64,000 bases of DNA from Candidatus Kaiserbacteria bacterium. Lineage in GTDB: Bacteria > Patescibacteriota > Minisyncoccia > Phycocordibacterales > UBA918. Shown here piece after piece: positions 37,341 to 45,981 of the stretch (positions are counted from its first letter, which is position 1; every line of letters begins with the position of its first letter). Position numbers and translations under genes: made by a program. The notes below the pieces were generated by a model. It made no database searches. It was not told where the DNA came from and saw only the letters and a program-made list of their open reading frames with translations. The DNA lies in the NCBI GenBank assembly GCA_019634005.1, contig JAHQWD010000002.1:128747-192746 (forward strand). The letters are read 5' to 3'.

Positions 37341-37742
37341 ATGAAAGTCTATGTTGGTATGGGGCTCACAAATGCCCCGAAAGCATTCCGAGACATCTTT
37401 AATGGTGAATTCAAGGATATGCTCCGTGCCGTTCCCGATGTTAAGGTTCTCGATTTCATTGGCCTTGAAAATGGTACTGAGGAGGATGTGTACCTCCATG
37501 ACCGTAAGTGTACTGAGGAAGCAGACCTTTGCATCTTCATTTGCGACCATCCTTCAATTGGTCTCGGCATGGAGATTGCATTCCGTCTTTTCGCTCGGCG
37601 TCCGATGAAATGCTTTGTGCGCTCAGACGTCAAGATCACTCGCATGGTGACTGGTATGTGTAAGGTTGAAGGGGTTGTGTTGCACCGATATGTAACTCCT
37701 AAGGACATTATTCGCACATGTTTTCCTGCCGAAACTGTGTGA
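37341..37742 (+). CDS. Nucleoside 2-deoxyribosyltransferase / DNPH1-like protein
   Basis: KVYVGMGL, VYLHD..C.EEADL, DHPSIGLGMEIA (catalytic Glu motif). Confidence 0.7.
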   Translation: MKVYVGMGLTNAPKAFRDIFNGEFKDMLRAVPDVKVLDFIGLENGTEEDVYLHDRKCTEEADLCIFICDHPSIGLGMEIAFRLFARRPMKCFVRSDVKITRMVTGMCKVEGVVLHRYVTPKDIIRTCFPAETV

Positions 37743-37756
37743 AGAAGATGATGATC

Positions 37757-38236
37757 CTACTTCTCCAAAGTGAACCACTCATAAGAGAGACCGTCTTGGT
37801 CTCTCTTTTCTTTTTTAATAACATTTGTGAATGTATCATACTCTGGGAAAAAGGTATCTGCCTCAGGATCCTCAGCATCAATGATTGTGAGATAGAGTCT
37901 GTCAGTATAGGGAAGTGCCATCTCGTAAATCTGTGCACCACCGAAGATAAATATCTCATCAGCACCTTCAGATTCCTTTGCTTTTTCAAGGGCTTCTTCC
38001 AGAGAGGTTGTCACAATACACCCTTCAGCTTCATATGAAGGATCTCTCGTGACAACGATATTGGTTCGGTTGGGAAGAGGGCGTCCAATGGACTCATAGG
38101 TCTTCCTTCCCATAACGATCGGGTGTCCAGTAGTCAGATCTTTTACCCGCTTTAAATCATCAGAAATACGCCAAATGAGGTCTCCATTCTTTCCTAATTC
38201 CCGATTCTTACCAATTGCAGCAATAATGCCAATCAT
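37757..38236 (-). CDS. folA: Dihydrofolate reductase
   Basis: IAAIGKNRELG, MGRKTYESIGRPLPNRTNIVVT, IFGGAQIY, DTFFP. Confidence 0.95.
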   Translation of the reverse strand: MIGIIAAIGKNRELGKNGDLIWRISDDLKRVKDLTTGHPIVMGRKTYESIGRPLPNRTNIVVTRDPSYEAEGCIVTTSLEEALEKAKESEGADEIFIFGGAQIYEMALPYTDRLYLTIIDAEDPEADTFFPEYDTFTNVIKKEKRDQDGLSYEWFTLEK

Positions 38237-38310
38237 GCGGGAATTATGCCATAGATAGGCACGTGTGTCTTTTTGTGCAACTGGAGTGAGAGCGGTATAC
38301 TATGCTCACT

Positions 38311-38982
38311 ATGGCACACTACGAAGTAGAGATAAAAAGTTTGTTGGGCTCAAAAGAGAATGCAGAAGCGCTGAAAACACAGATGTGTGAGAAAGATCCT
38401 GCGTGTAACTTGGTCTCACAGAATAAGCAACTCAACCACTATTTCGAGGGAGGAGATATCAATACACTCTATGAAAAGGTTGAACATCTGTTTAATGAAG
38501 AAGATAAAGAAAAGCTCAAGCACGTCATTGAAGCAGGGAAGAGCTACTCTATCCGCTCACGACAGAAGGACGAGAACATCTATCTGGTCGTGAAGGCGTC
38601 TGTTGACGAAGGAAGTAGTGCAAATACGGTTTCTCGTTTGGAGTTTGAAGAGGAGGTGAACATTTCCCTCGATGAACTCGACAAACTACTCCTTGATGCA
38701 AGCTTCACGTATCAGGCAAAGTGGTCTCGTGAACGTGAGGAATATGAGTACAAGGGAGTGAACGTGTGTCTTGATAAGAATGCGGGGTATGGATATCTTG
38801 CAGAGTTTGAGAAGGTCTTCGATGACGAAGATGTGAACGAGGCACGCAAGGAACTTGATGTGCTTATGGCTGAACTTGGGGTAGTGGAGTTACCGCAAGA
38901 TCGTCTCGAGCGCATGTTCGCACACTATAATGCGAATTGGGAGGATTATTACGGGACGGATAAGACATTTACCATAGACTAG
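38311..38982 (+). CDS. CYTH (triphosphate tunnel metalloenzyme) domain protein
   Basis: N-terminal EVEIK, QLNHYF, RLEFE, CLDKNAGYGYLAEFE. Confidence 0.75.
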   Translation: MAHYEVEIKSLLGSKENAEALKTQMCEKDPACNLVSQNKQLNHYFEGGDINTLYEKVEHLFNEEDKEKLKHVIEAGKSYSIRSRQKDENIYLVVKASVDEGSSANTVSRLEFEEEVNISLDELDKLLLDASFTYQAKWSREREEYEYKGVNVCLDKNAGYGYLAEFEKVFDDEDVNEARKELDVLMAELGVVELPQDRLERMFAHYNANWEDYYGTDKTFTID

Positions 38983-38983
38983 T

Positions 38984-39553
38984 ATGTTTCTTTCAGACAA
39001 AGACATTTTAGCGGAAGTAAAAGAAGGGAATATTACCCTAGAGCCTTTTAGTAAAAAACAGCTACAGCCTGCAACGTATGATATTCGTCTTGGTAACACG
39101 TTCATCGTAAACGATGTGCACTCTACAAAAGCAATTGATCCTGCAAAGGGAGTGTATCCGCAGACACAGACTATCGAGGTGGCTGACGGAAAGGAGTTCG
39201 TACTCCATCCAGGGGTAAGTATCCTTGGGTACTCTAAAGAGAAGTTTGGATCGGATCAGTACCTCATTGAGGTGAATGGAAAATCTAGTCTTGCACGCAT
39301 TGGACTTATCGTGCACAACTCTGCGAGCATTGTGAATCCAGGGCACTATCTCAACATCGCACTTGAGCTCTGTAATCTCAACAATGTTCCGATCGTACTT
39401 CGTCCTGGGATGCAGATTGCACAATTGTCATTCTCGACACTCTCCTCACACACAAAGCAGAACTATCGACAAACGGGGCGCTACAGTAAGAATAACTTTG
39501 CGTCATACGTACCACCAAAAGCAAAGAAAAAGGTAGCTAAGAAGAAAAAATAA
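38984..39553 (+). CDS. dcd: dCTP deaminase
   Basis: LSDKDI, QPATYDIRLG, GKSSLARIGL, VNPG, LEL, IAQLSF, GRY. Confidence 0.9.
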   Translation: MFLSDKDILAEVKEGNITLEPFSKKQLQPATYDIRLGNTFIVNDVHSTKAIDPAKGVYPQTQTIEVADGKEFVLHPGVSILGYSKEKFGSDQYLIEVNGKSSLARIGLIVHNSASIVNPGHYLNIALELCNLNNVPIVLRPGMQIAQLSFSTLSSHTKQNYRQTGRYSKNNFASYVPPKAKKKVAKKKK

Positions 39554-39554
39554 T

Positions 39555-40574
39555 ATGAGCGATACACGACATCCAGAATATCAATATCTCGATCTCTGCC
39601 AGGACATCCTCGATAATGGTGCGGATAAGGAATTGTTCTTCAATGATGTCGTACTTAAAGAATACGAAGAAAAAGGGGAGAAACCTCCATTCATTCGTTC
39701 AGTGTTTGGACGACAGATCCGTTTTGATCTGTCTGATGGTTTCCCGCTCCTTACAACTAAGAAGACATTCTGGCGCGGTATCACCACAGAACTACTCTGG
39801 TTCCTCTCAGGAAGTTCCAACCTCAAGCCACTGGTGGATATGAACAACCATATCTGGGACGAGTGGGCATGGAAGATGTATCACATGTGGGCAGAAGAAC
39901 ATGCTCCTGAAGAAGATATGACACAAGAAGAGTTCATTGCAAAAATCCAAGAGCTCCCTGAAGAAGATCCATTCGTACAAAAGTGGGGAGACCTTATTAC
40001 GATCTATGGCCGCATGTGGCGACGGTGGCCAGCGAAAGATGGACGCGAAATAGATCAGCTTGGGTGGGTTATTGAAGGATTGAAAACAAAACCAGATCGA
40101 AAGTCGTATGTAGTCTCTGCGTGGAATCCAGATTTCATTTACGCGATGGCGTCAGAGGGGCAGAAGTCTCATGTGCCACCGTTCTGTCACACCATGTTCC
40201 AGTTCCAGGTTGCAAATGGGAAGTTAAATCTTGGTCTCTATCAGCGTTCGGCAGACCTTTTCCTCGGAGTGCCGTTTAATATTGCAAGTTACGCACTGCT
40301 TCTTAAGATGGTGTCACAGGTTGTCGGTATCCCACCAGGAGAGTTTGTGCATTCATTTGGAGATGTCCATATTTATTCAAATCACTTTGATCAGGTGAAA
40401 GAGCAGCTCTCACGAGAACCACTTCCATTCCCTGAAGTAAAGCTCAATCCAGACGTTAAGAATATCGACGACTTTACCCTTGAGGATATTACACTCGAGA
40501 ACTATGAGTCACACCCTCCACTTCGAGCTGAAATTGCAAACATTGGTGGTTTTGAAGAGAAGAAGAAATCATAA
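39555..40574 (+). CDS. thyA: Thymidylate synthase
   Basis: FPLLTTKK, ELLWFL, PPFCH, YQRSADLFLGVPFNIASY, DVHIYSNH. Confidence 0.97.
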   Translation: MSDTRHPEYQYLDLCQDILDNGADKELFFNDVVLKEYEEKGEKPPFIRSVFGRQIRFDLSDGFPLLTTKKTFWRGITTELLWFLSGSSNLKPLVDMNNHIWDEWAWKMYHMWAEEHAPEEDMTQEEFIAKIQELPEEDPFVQKWGDLITIYGRMWRRWPAKDGREIDQLGWVIEGLKTKPDRKSYVVSAWNPDFIYAMASEGQKSHVPPFCHTMFQFQVANGKLNLGLYQRSADLFLGVPFNIASYALLLKMVSQVVGIPPGEFVHSFGDVHIYSNHFDQVKEQLSREPLPFPEVKLNPDVKNIDDFTLEDITLENYESHPPLRAEIANIGGFEEKKKS

Positions 40575-40642
40575 TGGTATACTGTGCGTATGATCTAACG
40601 TAGTAAAAGCAGCATATTACCCAACCACTAACTGTTTTAACT

Positions 40643-41905
40643 ATGTACGACTACATCAAAAACCAAGATACCGATATCTTCTCTGCACTCGAAGGAGAAG
40701 AAAAGCGCGAAGCTGAAGGCATAGAGCTGATTCCAAGTGAAAACTATGTCTCTCGTGCAGTGCGTGAGGCAAACGGTTCTGTCTTTACAAACAAATATTC
40801 TGAAGGATACCCAGGAAAGCGGTACTACGGAGGACAAGATTATACAGACGAAGTAGAGCGCATTGCTATAGAGCGCGCGAAGGAACTCTTTAACTGTAAG
40901 TTTGCGAACGTGCAGCCACTCTCTGGCGCACCTGCGAATGTCGCCATGTATTTTGCACTTATGGAGCCAGGAGATACGGTGCTTGGTATGGATCTCTCAC
41001 ACGGTGGACACCTGACACATGGACATCCAACCACATGGATTAACAAGATCTTCAATTTTGTTCGATACAAGATGAAGGATACTGAAACAGGGGAGATAGA
41101 CTATGAAGCACTCCGTGAGGTGGCGCTCAGAGAAAAACCAAAGATTATTCTTGCAGGGTTCTCTGCATATAGTCGGGAGCTGGATTACGCAAAGTTTGTA
41201 GAAATTGCAAAAGAAGTTGGTGCGTACACAGTGGCAGACATGGCGCATGTTGCAGGACTGATTGCAGGAGGAGTCCTCCGTAATCCATTTGAAGATGGAT
41301 TTGATGTCATTACCACCACCACACACAAAACACTTCGTGGTCCTCGCGGCGGTATGATCCTGACTCGAGAGAATGAAGAAATTGCAAAAAAAATAGACAA
41401 GGCAGTCTTTCCTGGACTTCAAGGAGGGCCGCATATGAATGTTATTGCCGCGAAGGCGGTTGCATTTGGTGAGGCACTGACACCAGCATTTAAGGAGTAT
41501 GCAACGCAAGTGCTTAAAAATGCAAAAGCCATGGAAGCGGTCTTTAAGAAAGAGAACATCCGCATGCTTGGCGGGGGAACGGACAATCACCTGATTCTTG
41601 CTGATGTGTTCGGATCGCTTGGTGTCACTGGACAAGAGGCGGAGACAGTCTTGGATGCTGTAGGCATTACACTTAACAAGAACATGATCGCAGATGAGTC
41701 ACGCACTGCGATGGATCCATCAGGGATCCGCTTCGGAACACCTGCAATGACCACACGTGGTATGAAAGAGGAAGAGGCAACACGTATTGCAGAGATTATG
41801 ATTGCAGCGATGCGAGAAAAAGATAATGAAGAGAGGCTGTCTGTGTTGAAAGAAGAAGTGAAGAAATTGTGCCTCACGTTTCCTGTACCAGAATCCTTTG
41901 TCTAA
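40643..41905 (+). CDS. glyA: Serine hydroxymethyltransferase
   Basis: LIPSENY, NKYSEGYPGKRYYGG, GGHLTHG, TTTHKTLRGPRGG. Confidence 0.97.
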   Translation: MYDYIKNQDTDIFSALEGEEKREAEGIELIPSENYVSRAVREANGSVFTNKYSEGYPGKRYYGGQDYTDEVERIAIERAKELFNCKFANVQPLSGAPANVAMYFALMEPGDTVLGMDLSHGGHLTHGHPTTWINKIFNFVRYKMKDTETGEIDYEALREVALREKPKIILAGFSAYSRELDYAKFVEIAKEVGAYTVADMAHVAGLIAGGVLRNPFEDGFDVITTTTHKTLRGPRGGMILTRENEEIAKKIDKAVFPGLQGGPHMNVIAAKAVAFGEALTPAFKEYATQVLKNAKAMEAVFKKENIRMLGGGTDNHLILADVFGSLGVTGQEAETVLDAVGITLNKNMIADESRTAMDPSGIRFGTPAMTTRGMKEEEATRIAEIMIAAMREKDNEERLSVLKEEVKKLCLTFPVPESFV

Positions 41906-41946
41906 AGGTCTGAGATGGGGTATAGTGCGCATGGAAGGAGTCAAAA

Positions 41947-42111
41947 ATGCAAAATTCAAAAAAGTTACCTGAGGAGTCATACCCGATTCGCTCGGGAGAT
42001 GGTTTGTATTACCGAGCGGATCTAACAGAGGGACACCCACAACAAGTCCCTCAGAGAACACTTCCTCGTCGAGTGGCGAGAGTTTCAAAAGAAGGAGAAA
42101 AGCATGGCTGA
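41947..42111 (+). CDS. Putative 54-aa small protein (overlaps a structured RNA candidate)
   Basis: SD AAGGAG then MQNSKKLPEE...EKHG*; overlaps the next start. Confidence 0.4.
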   Translation: MQNSKKLPEESYPIRSGDGLYYRADLTEGHPQQVPQRTLPRRVARVSKEGEKHG

Positions 42112-42340
42112 GGAGAATTGTGCCTCTTGCGGAGTTTCTATCCCGCTCTATGGGATCGGTCATCCATTCGTTATTCCTCCTGTAGATAGAGGGCGCATGA
42201 GATTCTTCTGTTCTTCGGCGCATATGGAAGCATTCCAAAAAGAACAACAGGAGATTGACCCGTGCACTGGTTGGCCAAAAGATCTGACCCAAGTGTCGGT
42301 TCGGGATGAAGATGGGCATCGTCGTTTTTGTCCATTGTGA
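42104..42340 (+). CDS. Small Cys-rich protein (TRASH/YHS-like CxxC...FCS)
   Basis: CASCG...RFFCSSAH; SD AAGGAG. Confidence 0.55.
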   Translation: MAEENCASCGVSIPLYGIGHPFVIPPVDRGRMRFFCSSAHMEAFQKEQQEIDPCTGWPKDLTQVSVRDEDGHRRFCPL

Positions 42341-42440
42341 TCGACAGTGTTATACAGACACTGAATATTTTGTCATGAGTACATAGAAATGGGCCGCTCT
42401 GCAGGGCGGCCTTTTCATATGGTGGTACAATACCAACACA

Positions 42441-43523
42441 ATGTTCCAAAACTTTCAAAAGCTCATTCGAAAACATAAGAAACACTGGCTTACTATTGCT
42501 TTTGTGCTGGGATTTGTGGTGGACAACATCACACTCAATCGGGTTGATCAGTTGTTTGATAACTTTGTACTGACATCGTATGTACTTCTCGCTATGGGGA
42601 GTCTCCTCCTTCTTTATGCTGGTGCAGCAGAAAAGCTTCCAGAGAGAATGGCGCTTAAAGCACGAGACTATGCACCACTTGTTGCACAATATGCATTTGG
42701 AGGTCTCTTCTCAGGCATGCTCATCTTCTATGGACGTGCGGGATCCTGGTATGAAAGTTGGCCGTTCCTTCTTGTTATCCTAGCAGTGATCTTTGGAAAC
42801 GAGATGATTCGAGAGCGTTCGCAGCGATTGATCTTCAACCTCTCCGTCCTTTTCATCGGCATGTTTTCATATATTGTCCTTTTGATACCAGTGATACTCG
42901 GGAAGATGGGAGCACTTATCTTCATAGGAAGTGGTTTCCTCGCACTTATTATCATGTACTGGTATGTAAAGACGCTTCGGAGAATTGTCCCAAAGTTTAT
43001 TGCACTCCATCAACGAGCGATCGTATTTTCGATTGGATTCATATTTGCACTTTTTAATATCCTCTACTTCACCAATGTTATTCCGCCGATACCACTTTCA
43101 CTCAAAGAAATCGGTATTTATCACAGTGTGGTGAAGTTTGAAACAGGAGAGTATCGACTGACATATCAAGAACCACCGTGGTGGGCATTCCTGAGAGATT
43201 CTGACACGGAGTTCCATATAGATGACGGTGGAAATATATTCTGTTTTGCTGCAGTTTTTGCACCAACGCGTCTTTCTACTGAAATCTACCATCAATGGCA
43301 GTATTATAATCCGAAGACAGAAGAGTGGGAGGATTACTCAAGACTCTCGTACTCTATTGCGGGAGGAAGAGATGGTGGTTTCCGTGGGTATACGCTGATC
43401 AGCAACTATCAGGAGGGGAAGTGGCGTTGTGTCGTGGAGACTGGTCGAGGACAGGTACTCGGAAGTACAGTCTTTGACGTTGTGCCAGGAGTGTCTTCGA
43501 ACCTCGTGACAAGAGTGGAATAA
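42441..43523 (+). CDS. Multi-TM membrane protein with C-terminal DUF2914-like domain
   Basis: TLNRVD, several TMs, IPPIPLSL, AVFAP, GGRDGGFRGY, GKWRC. Confidence 0.75.
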   Translation: MFQNFQKLIRKHKKHWLTIAFVLGFVVDNITLNRVDQLFDNFVLTSYVLLAMGSLLLLYAGAAEKLPERMALKARDYAPLVAQYAFGGLFSGMLIFYGRAGSWYESWPFLLVILAVIFGNEMIRERSQRLIFNLSVLFIGMFSYIVLLIPVILGKMGALIFIGSGFLALIIMYWYVKTLRRIVPKFIALHQRAIVFSIGFIFALFNILYFTNVIPPIPLSLKEIGIYHSVVKFETGEYRLTYQEPPWWAFLRDSDTEFHIDDGGNIFCFAAVFAPTRLSTEIYHQWQYYNPKTEEWEDYSRLSYSIAGGRDGGFRGYTLISNYQEGKWRCVVETGRGQVLGSTVFDVVPGVSSNLVTRVE

Positions 43524-43543
43524 TTCGCTACATTTCTTTGTAT

Positions 43544-45220
43544 ATGGACGACGTACTACGAACTGCAATTACTGACACACTGAAAGACCTCGAATTAGAC
43601 GAGGTGGATTTCTCTGTGGAGCATCCAGCGGAGGTCTCTCACGGAGACTATTCCTCGAATGTGGCCATGGTGCTTGCAAAGCACGTGGGGGAAGCACCAC
43701 GCGAAGTGGCAGAACAGATTGTTGAGAAACTCGATGGCGCTATTGAGCATGTCGATCGTATTGAGATTGCAGGGCCTGGGTTCATTAACTTCTTCCTCAC
43801 ACGAGACTTTTTTGTTCAAGAACTTGGACATGTTTCAGAGAAAGAGTGGGGACGTACTGATGATCTGAAGGATGAGGTCATTATGTTTGAATACACCAGT
43901 CCCAATCTATTCAAACCACTCCATATTGGAAATTTGGTAGGAAATATCATTGGGGAATCTGTTACAAGACTCCTTGAAAATGCAGGCGCTGATGTAAAGC
44001 GTATCAATTATCCCTCTGATATTGGGCTTACTGTTGCAAAGGGCGTATGGGGACTTAAGAAAACAGGAGGTAATCCAGACACCATTGCAGATCTCGGAGA
44101 AGCATATAAAAAGGGGAATGAAGCGTATGAAAATGACTCTACAGCAAAAGAAGAAATAGAGGCGGTCAATAGAGCGCTCTATGCAGAGGATGATGAGAGA
44201 CTCAATGAGCTCCGAGAGCGAGGTATTACAACATCAAGAACACATTTGAAAGAACTACTCCGTACACTTGGTACGTCATTTGATCTCGTTGTCTTCGAGA
44301 GTGAGGCGAGCCCAGTAGGAAAGAAAACAGTAGAGGACCATGTTGCCGATGGTATTTTCGAAGAGAGTGATGGGGCGATTGTCTTTAAAGGAGAACGACA
44401 TGGACTGCATACACGTGTCTTTCTGAACTCTCAAGGACTGCCGACATATGAAGCGAAAGATGTCGGGAACTTCATCCTCAAGCAGCGTGCGTACCCAGAG
44501 TGGACACAGTCTATTGTGGTAACAGGGCAAGAACAGCGGGAATATTTTAAGGTTATTATCGCGGCCGTTCGAGAACTTTTCCCTGAAGCAGAGGATAAGG
44601 CGCTCGAGCATATCCCAACTGGTTTCCTTACTCTGACCACAGGTAAGATGTCTTCGCGAAAAGGAAATGTACTTACGGGAGAATCTCTCATTGCAGAAGT
44701 ACGAAAAGAAGCGGAGAAGCGTGCAAAAGAAAGCCGTGCAGAGGATGTCGAGGTACTTTCGGAACAGATTGCAGTTGCGGCACTAAAGTATCAGATTCTT
44801 CGTCAGAAGATTGGATCTGATATTGTTTTTGATAAAGAACGTGCGCTCTCTTTTGAAGGAGATTCTGGACCGTATCTCCAATACACACATGCACGTATTG
44901 GATCCGTACTTGAGAAAGCAAAAGAAGTTGGTGTAGAAGCCTCACTACAGCATGCACCTGAGACCCCATATGCACTCGAGCACATCCTGTACCAGTACCC
45001 AGAGGTGGTAAGAGAAGCAACAGGAGAAAAAGAGCCGCACAGAATCGTAGGATATCTTACAGAGCTCGCGGGAGCATTTAACACCTTCTACGCACAGGAG
45101 AAGATCGCAGATGCGTCCGATGAATACGCATCATACAAAGTGGCACTAGCGGAGGCGGTGAAGGTGACTCTAAAGAACGGATTGCATCTTCTGGGAATTG
45201 AGGCGCCAGAGCGGATGTAG
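43544..45220 (+). CDS. argS: Arginine--tRNA ligase
   Basis: HGDYSSN, AGPGFINF, EYTSPN..KPLHIGN, KMSSRKG, FEGDSGPYLQYTHAR. Confidence 0.96.
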   Translation: MDDVLRTAITDTLKDLELDEVDFSVEHPAEVSHGDYSSNVAMVLAKHVGEAPREVAEQIVEKLDGAIEHVDRIEIAGPGFINFFLTRDFFVQELGHVSEKEWGRTDDLKDEVIMFEYTSPNLFKPLHIGNLVGNIIGESVTRLLENAGADVKRINYPSDIGLTVAKGVWGLKKTGGNPDTIADLGEAYKKGNEAYENDSTAKEEIEAVNRALYAEDDERLNELRERGITTSRTHLKELLRTLGTSFDLVVFESEASPVGKKTVEDHVADGIFEESDGAIVFKGERHGLHTRVFLNSQGLPTYEAKDVGNFILKQRAYPEWTQSIVVTGQEQREYFKVIIAAVRELFPEAEDKALEHIPTGFLTLTTGKMSSRKGNVLTGESLIAEVRKEAEKRAKESRAEDVEVLSEQIAVAALKYQILRQKIGSDIVFDKERALSFEGDSGPYLQYTHARIGSVLEKAKEVGVEASLQHAPETPYALEHILYQYPEVVREATGEKEPHRIVGYLTELAGAFNTFYAQEKIADASDEYASYKVALAEAVKVTLKNGLHLLGIEAPERM

Positions 45221-45272
45221 GTGTACACAAGGTGGTATACCAGAGTGGTATGTCCATGCTACGATGGCGTAC

Positions 45273-45572
45273 ATGAATGTTCTTGTCATCGAAAGTGTTG
45301 TGGATTTTATAGAGTCTCTTGATCGAAAGACACAGACCAAGACGTATCGAATGATCAGACTGCTTCGAGAGTATGGGCATCATATTGGAATGCCGCACAG
45401 CAAACCACTTCGCGATGGTGTTTTTGAGTTACGGGCTCGAGGTAGAAAAGAAATTCGTCTACTTTACGGCTATCGGGGTAATGGAGCCTTGGTTGTATGT
45501 GGATTCATTAAAAAAACACAGAGTGTGCCAAATTCTGAAATAGAAAAGGCGATACAGGTACTCAAGAAGTAG
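45273..45572 (+). CDS. Type II toxin, RelE/HigB (Gp49-like) family
   Basis: GMPHSKPLRDGVFELRARG, IRLLY, GFIKKTQ; toxin-first gene order. Confidence 0.85.
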   Translation: MNVLVIESVVDFIESLDRKTQTKTYRMIRLLREYGHHIGMPHSKPLRDGVFELRARGRKEIRLLYGYRGNGALVVCGFIKKTQSVPNSEIEKAIQVLKK

Positions 45573-45581
45573 TGGTTGTAG

Positions 45582-45601
45582 ATATCACATATATGTGATA
45601 T
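45582..45601. promoter_or_regulatory. Perfect 20-bp palindrome, candidate antitoxin operator
   Basis: ATATCACATATATGTGATAT between TTGTAG and TATGAT upstream of the antitoxin. Confidence 0.65.
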
Positions 45602-45613
45602 GATGACTTTGTT

Positions 45614-45901
45614 ATGAAAAAGGAGAAATTAATCCCCCTCGAACAACTGGAGAAAAAGTGGTTCAAAGATCCAGAGTTTAAACGTGAGTATGATGCTCTT
45701 GAGCCAGAGTTTGCGCTTATCAAGTCAATTATTGATAAGCGTCTTGAAGCAGGTCTTTCACAGAAAGAACTTGCTGAGAAGATTGGTACACGTCAGTCTG
45801 CAATCTCCCGACTTGAAGGAGGAGAAGGGAATCCAAGTTTCAAGACACTCCGCAAGGTTGCCGAGGCACTTGGCGCGCAGGTGTTTGTGACATTGCGGTA
45901 G
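45614..45901 (+). CDS. Antitoxin, XRE-type HTH (HigA-like)
   Basis: EYDALEPEF, GLSQKELAEKIGTRQSAISRLE, NPS. Confidence 0.88.
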   Translation: MKKEKLIPLEQLEKKWFKDPEFKREYDALEPEFALIKSIIDKRLEAGLSQKELAEKIGTRQSAISRLEGGEGNPSFKTLRKVAEALGAQVFVTLR

Positions 45902-45917
45902 CCTCTTTCCTCTTTTG

Positions 45918-45981
45918 TGCTACGATACATCTACGTGTCTGATATACACGTAGATTATTATGTCTGATACACATAGAACAT
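45918..45981 (+). promoter_or_regulatory. ileS promoter and leader with two tRNA-Ile anticodon-like stem-loops
   Basis: Extended -10 TGCTACGAT; hairpins ATCTACGTGT-CTGATAT-ACACGTAGAT and TATGT-CTGATAC-ACATA ending 6 nt before ATG. Confidence 0.7.

Noticed and set aside
40575-40642. ZTP, THF or glycine riboswitch before glyA
   Set aside because: Too short and no consensus motifs.
45902-45981. T-box riboswitch for ileS
   Set aside because: Region is far too short and has no UGGNACC bulge; the loops carry the anticodon GAU, not the AUC specifier codon.
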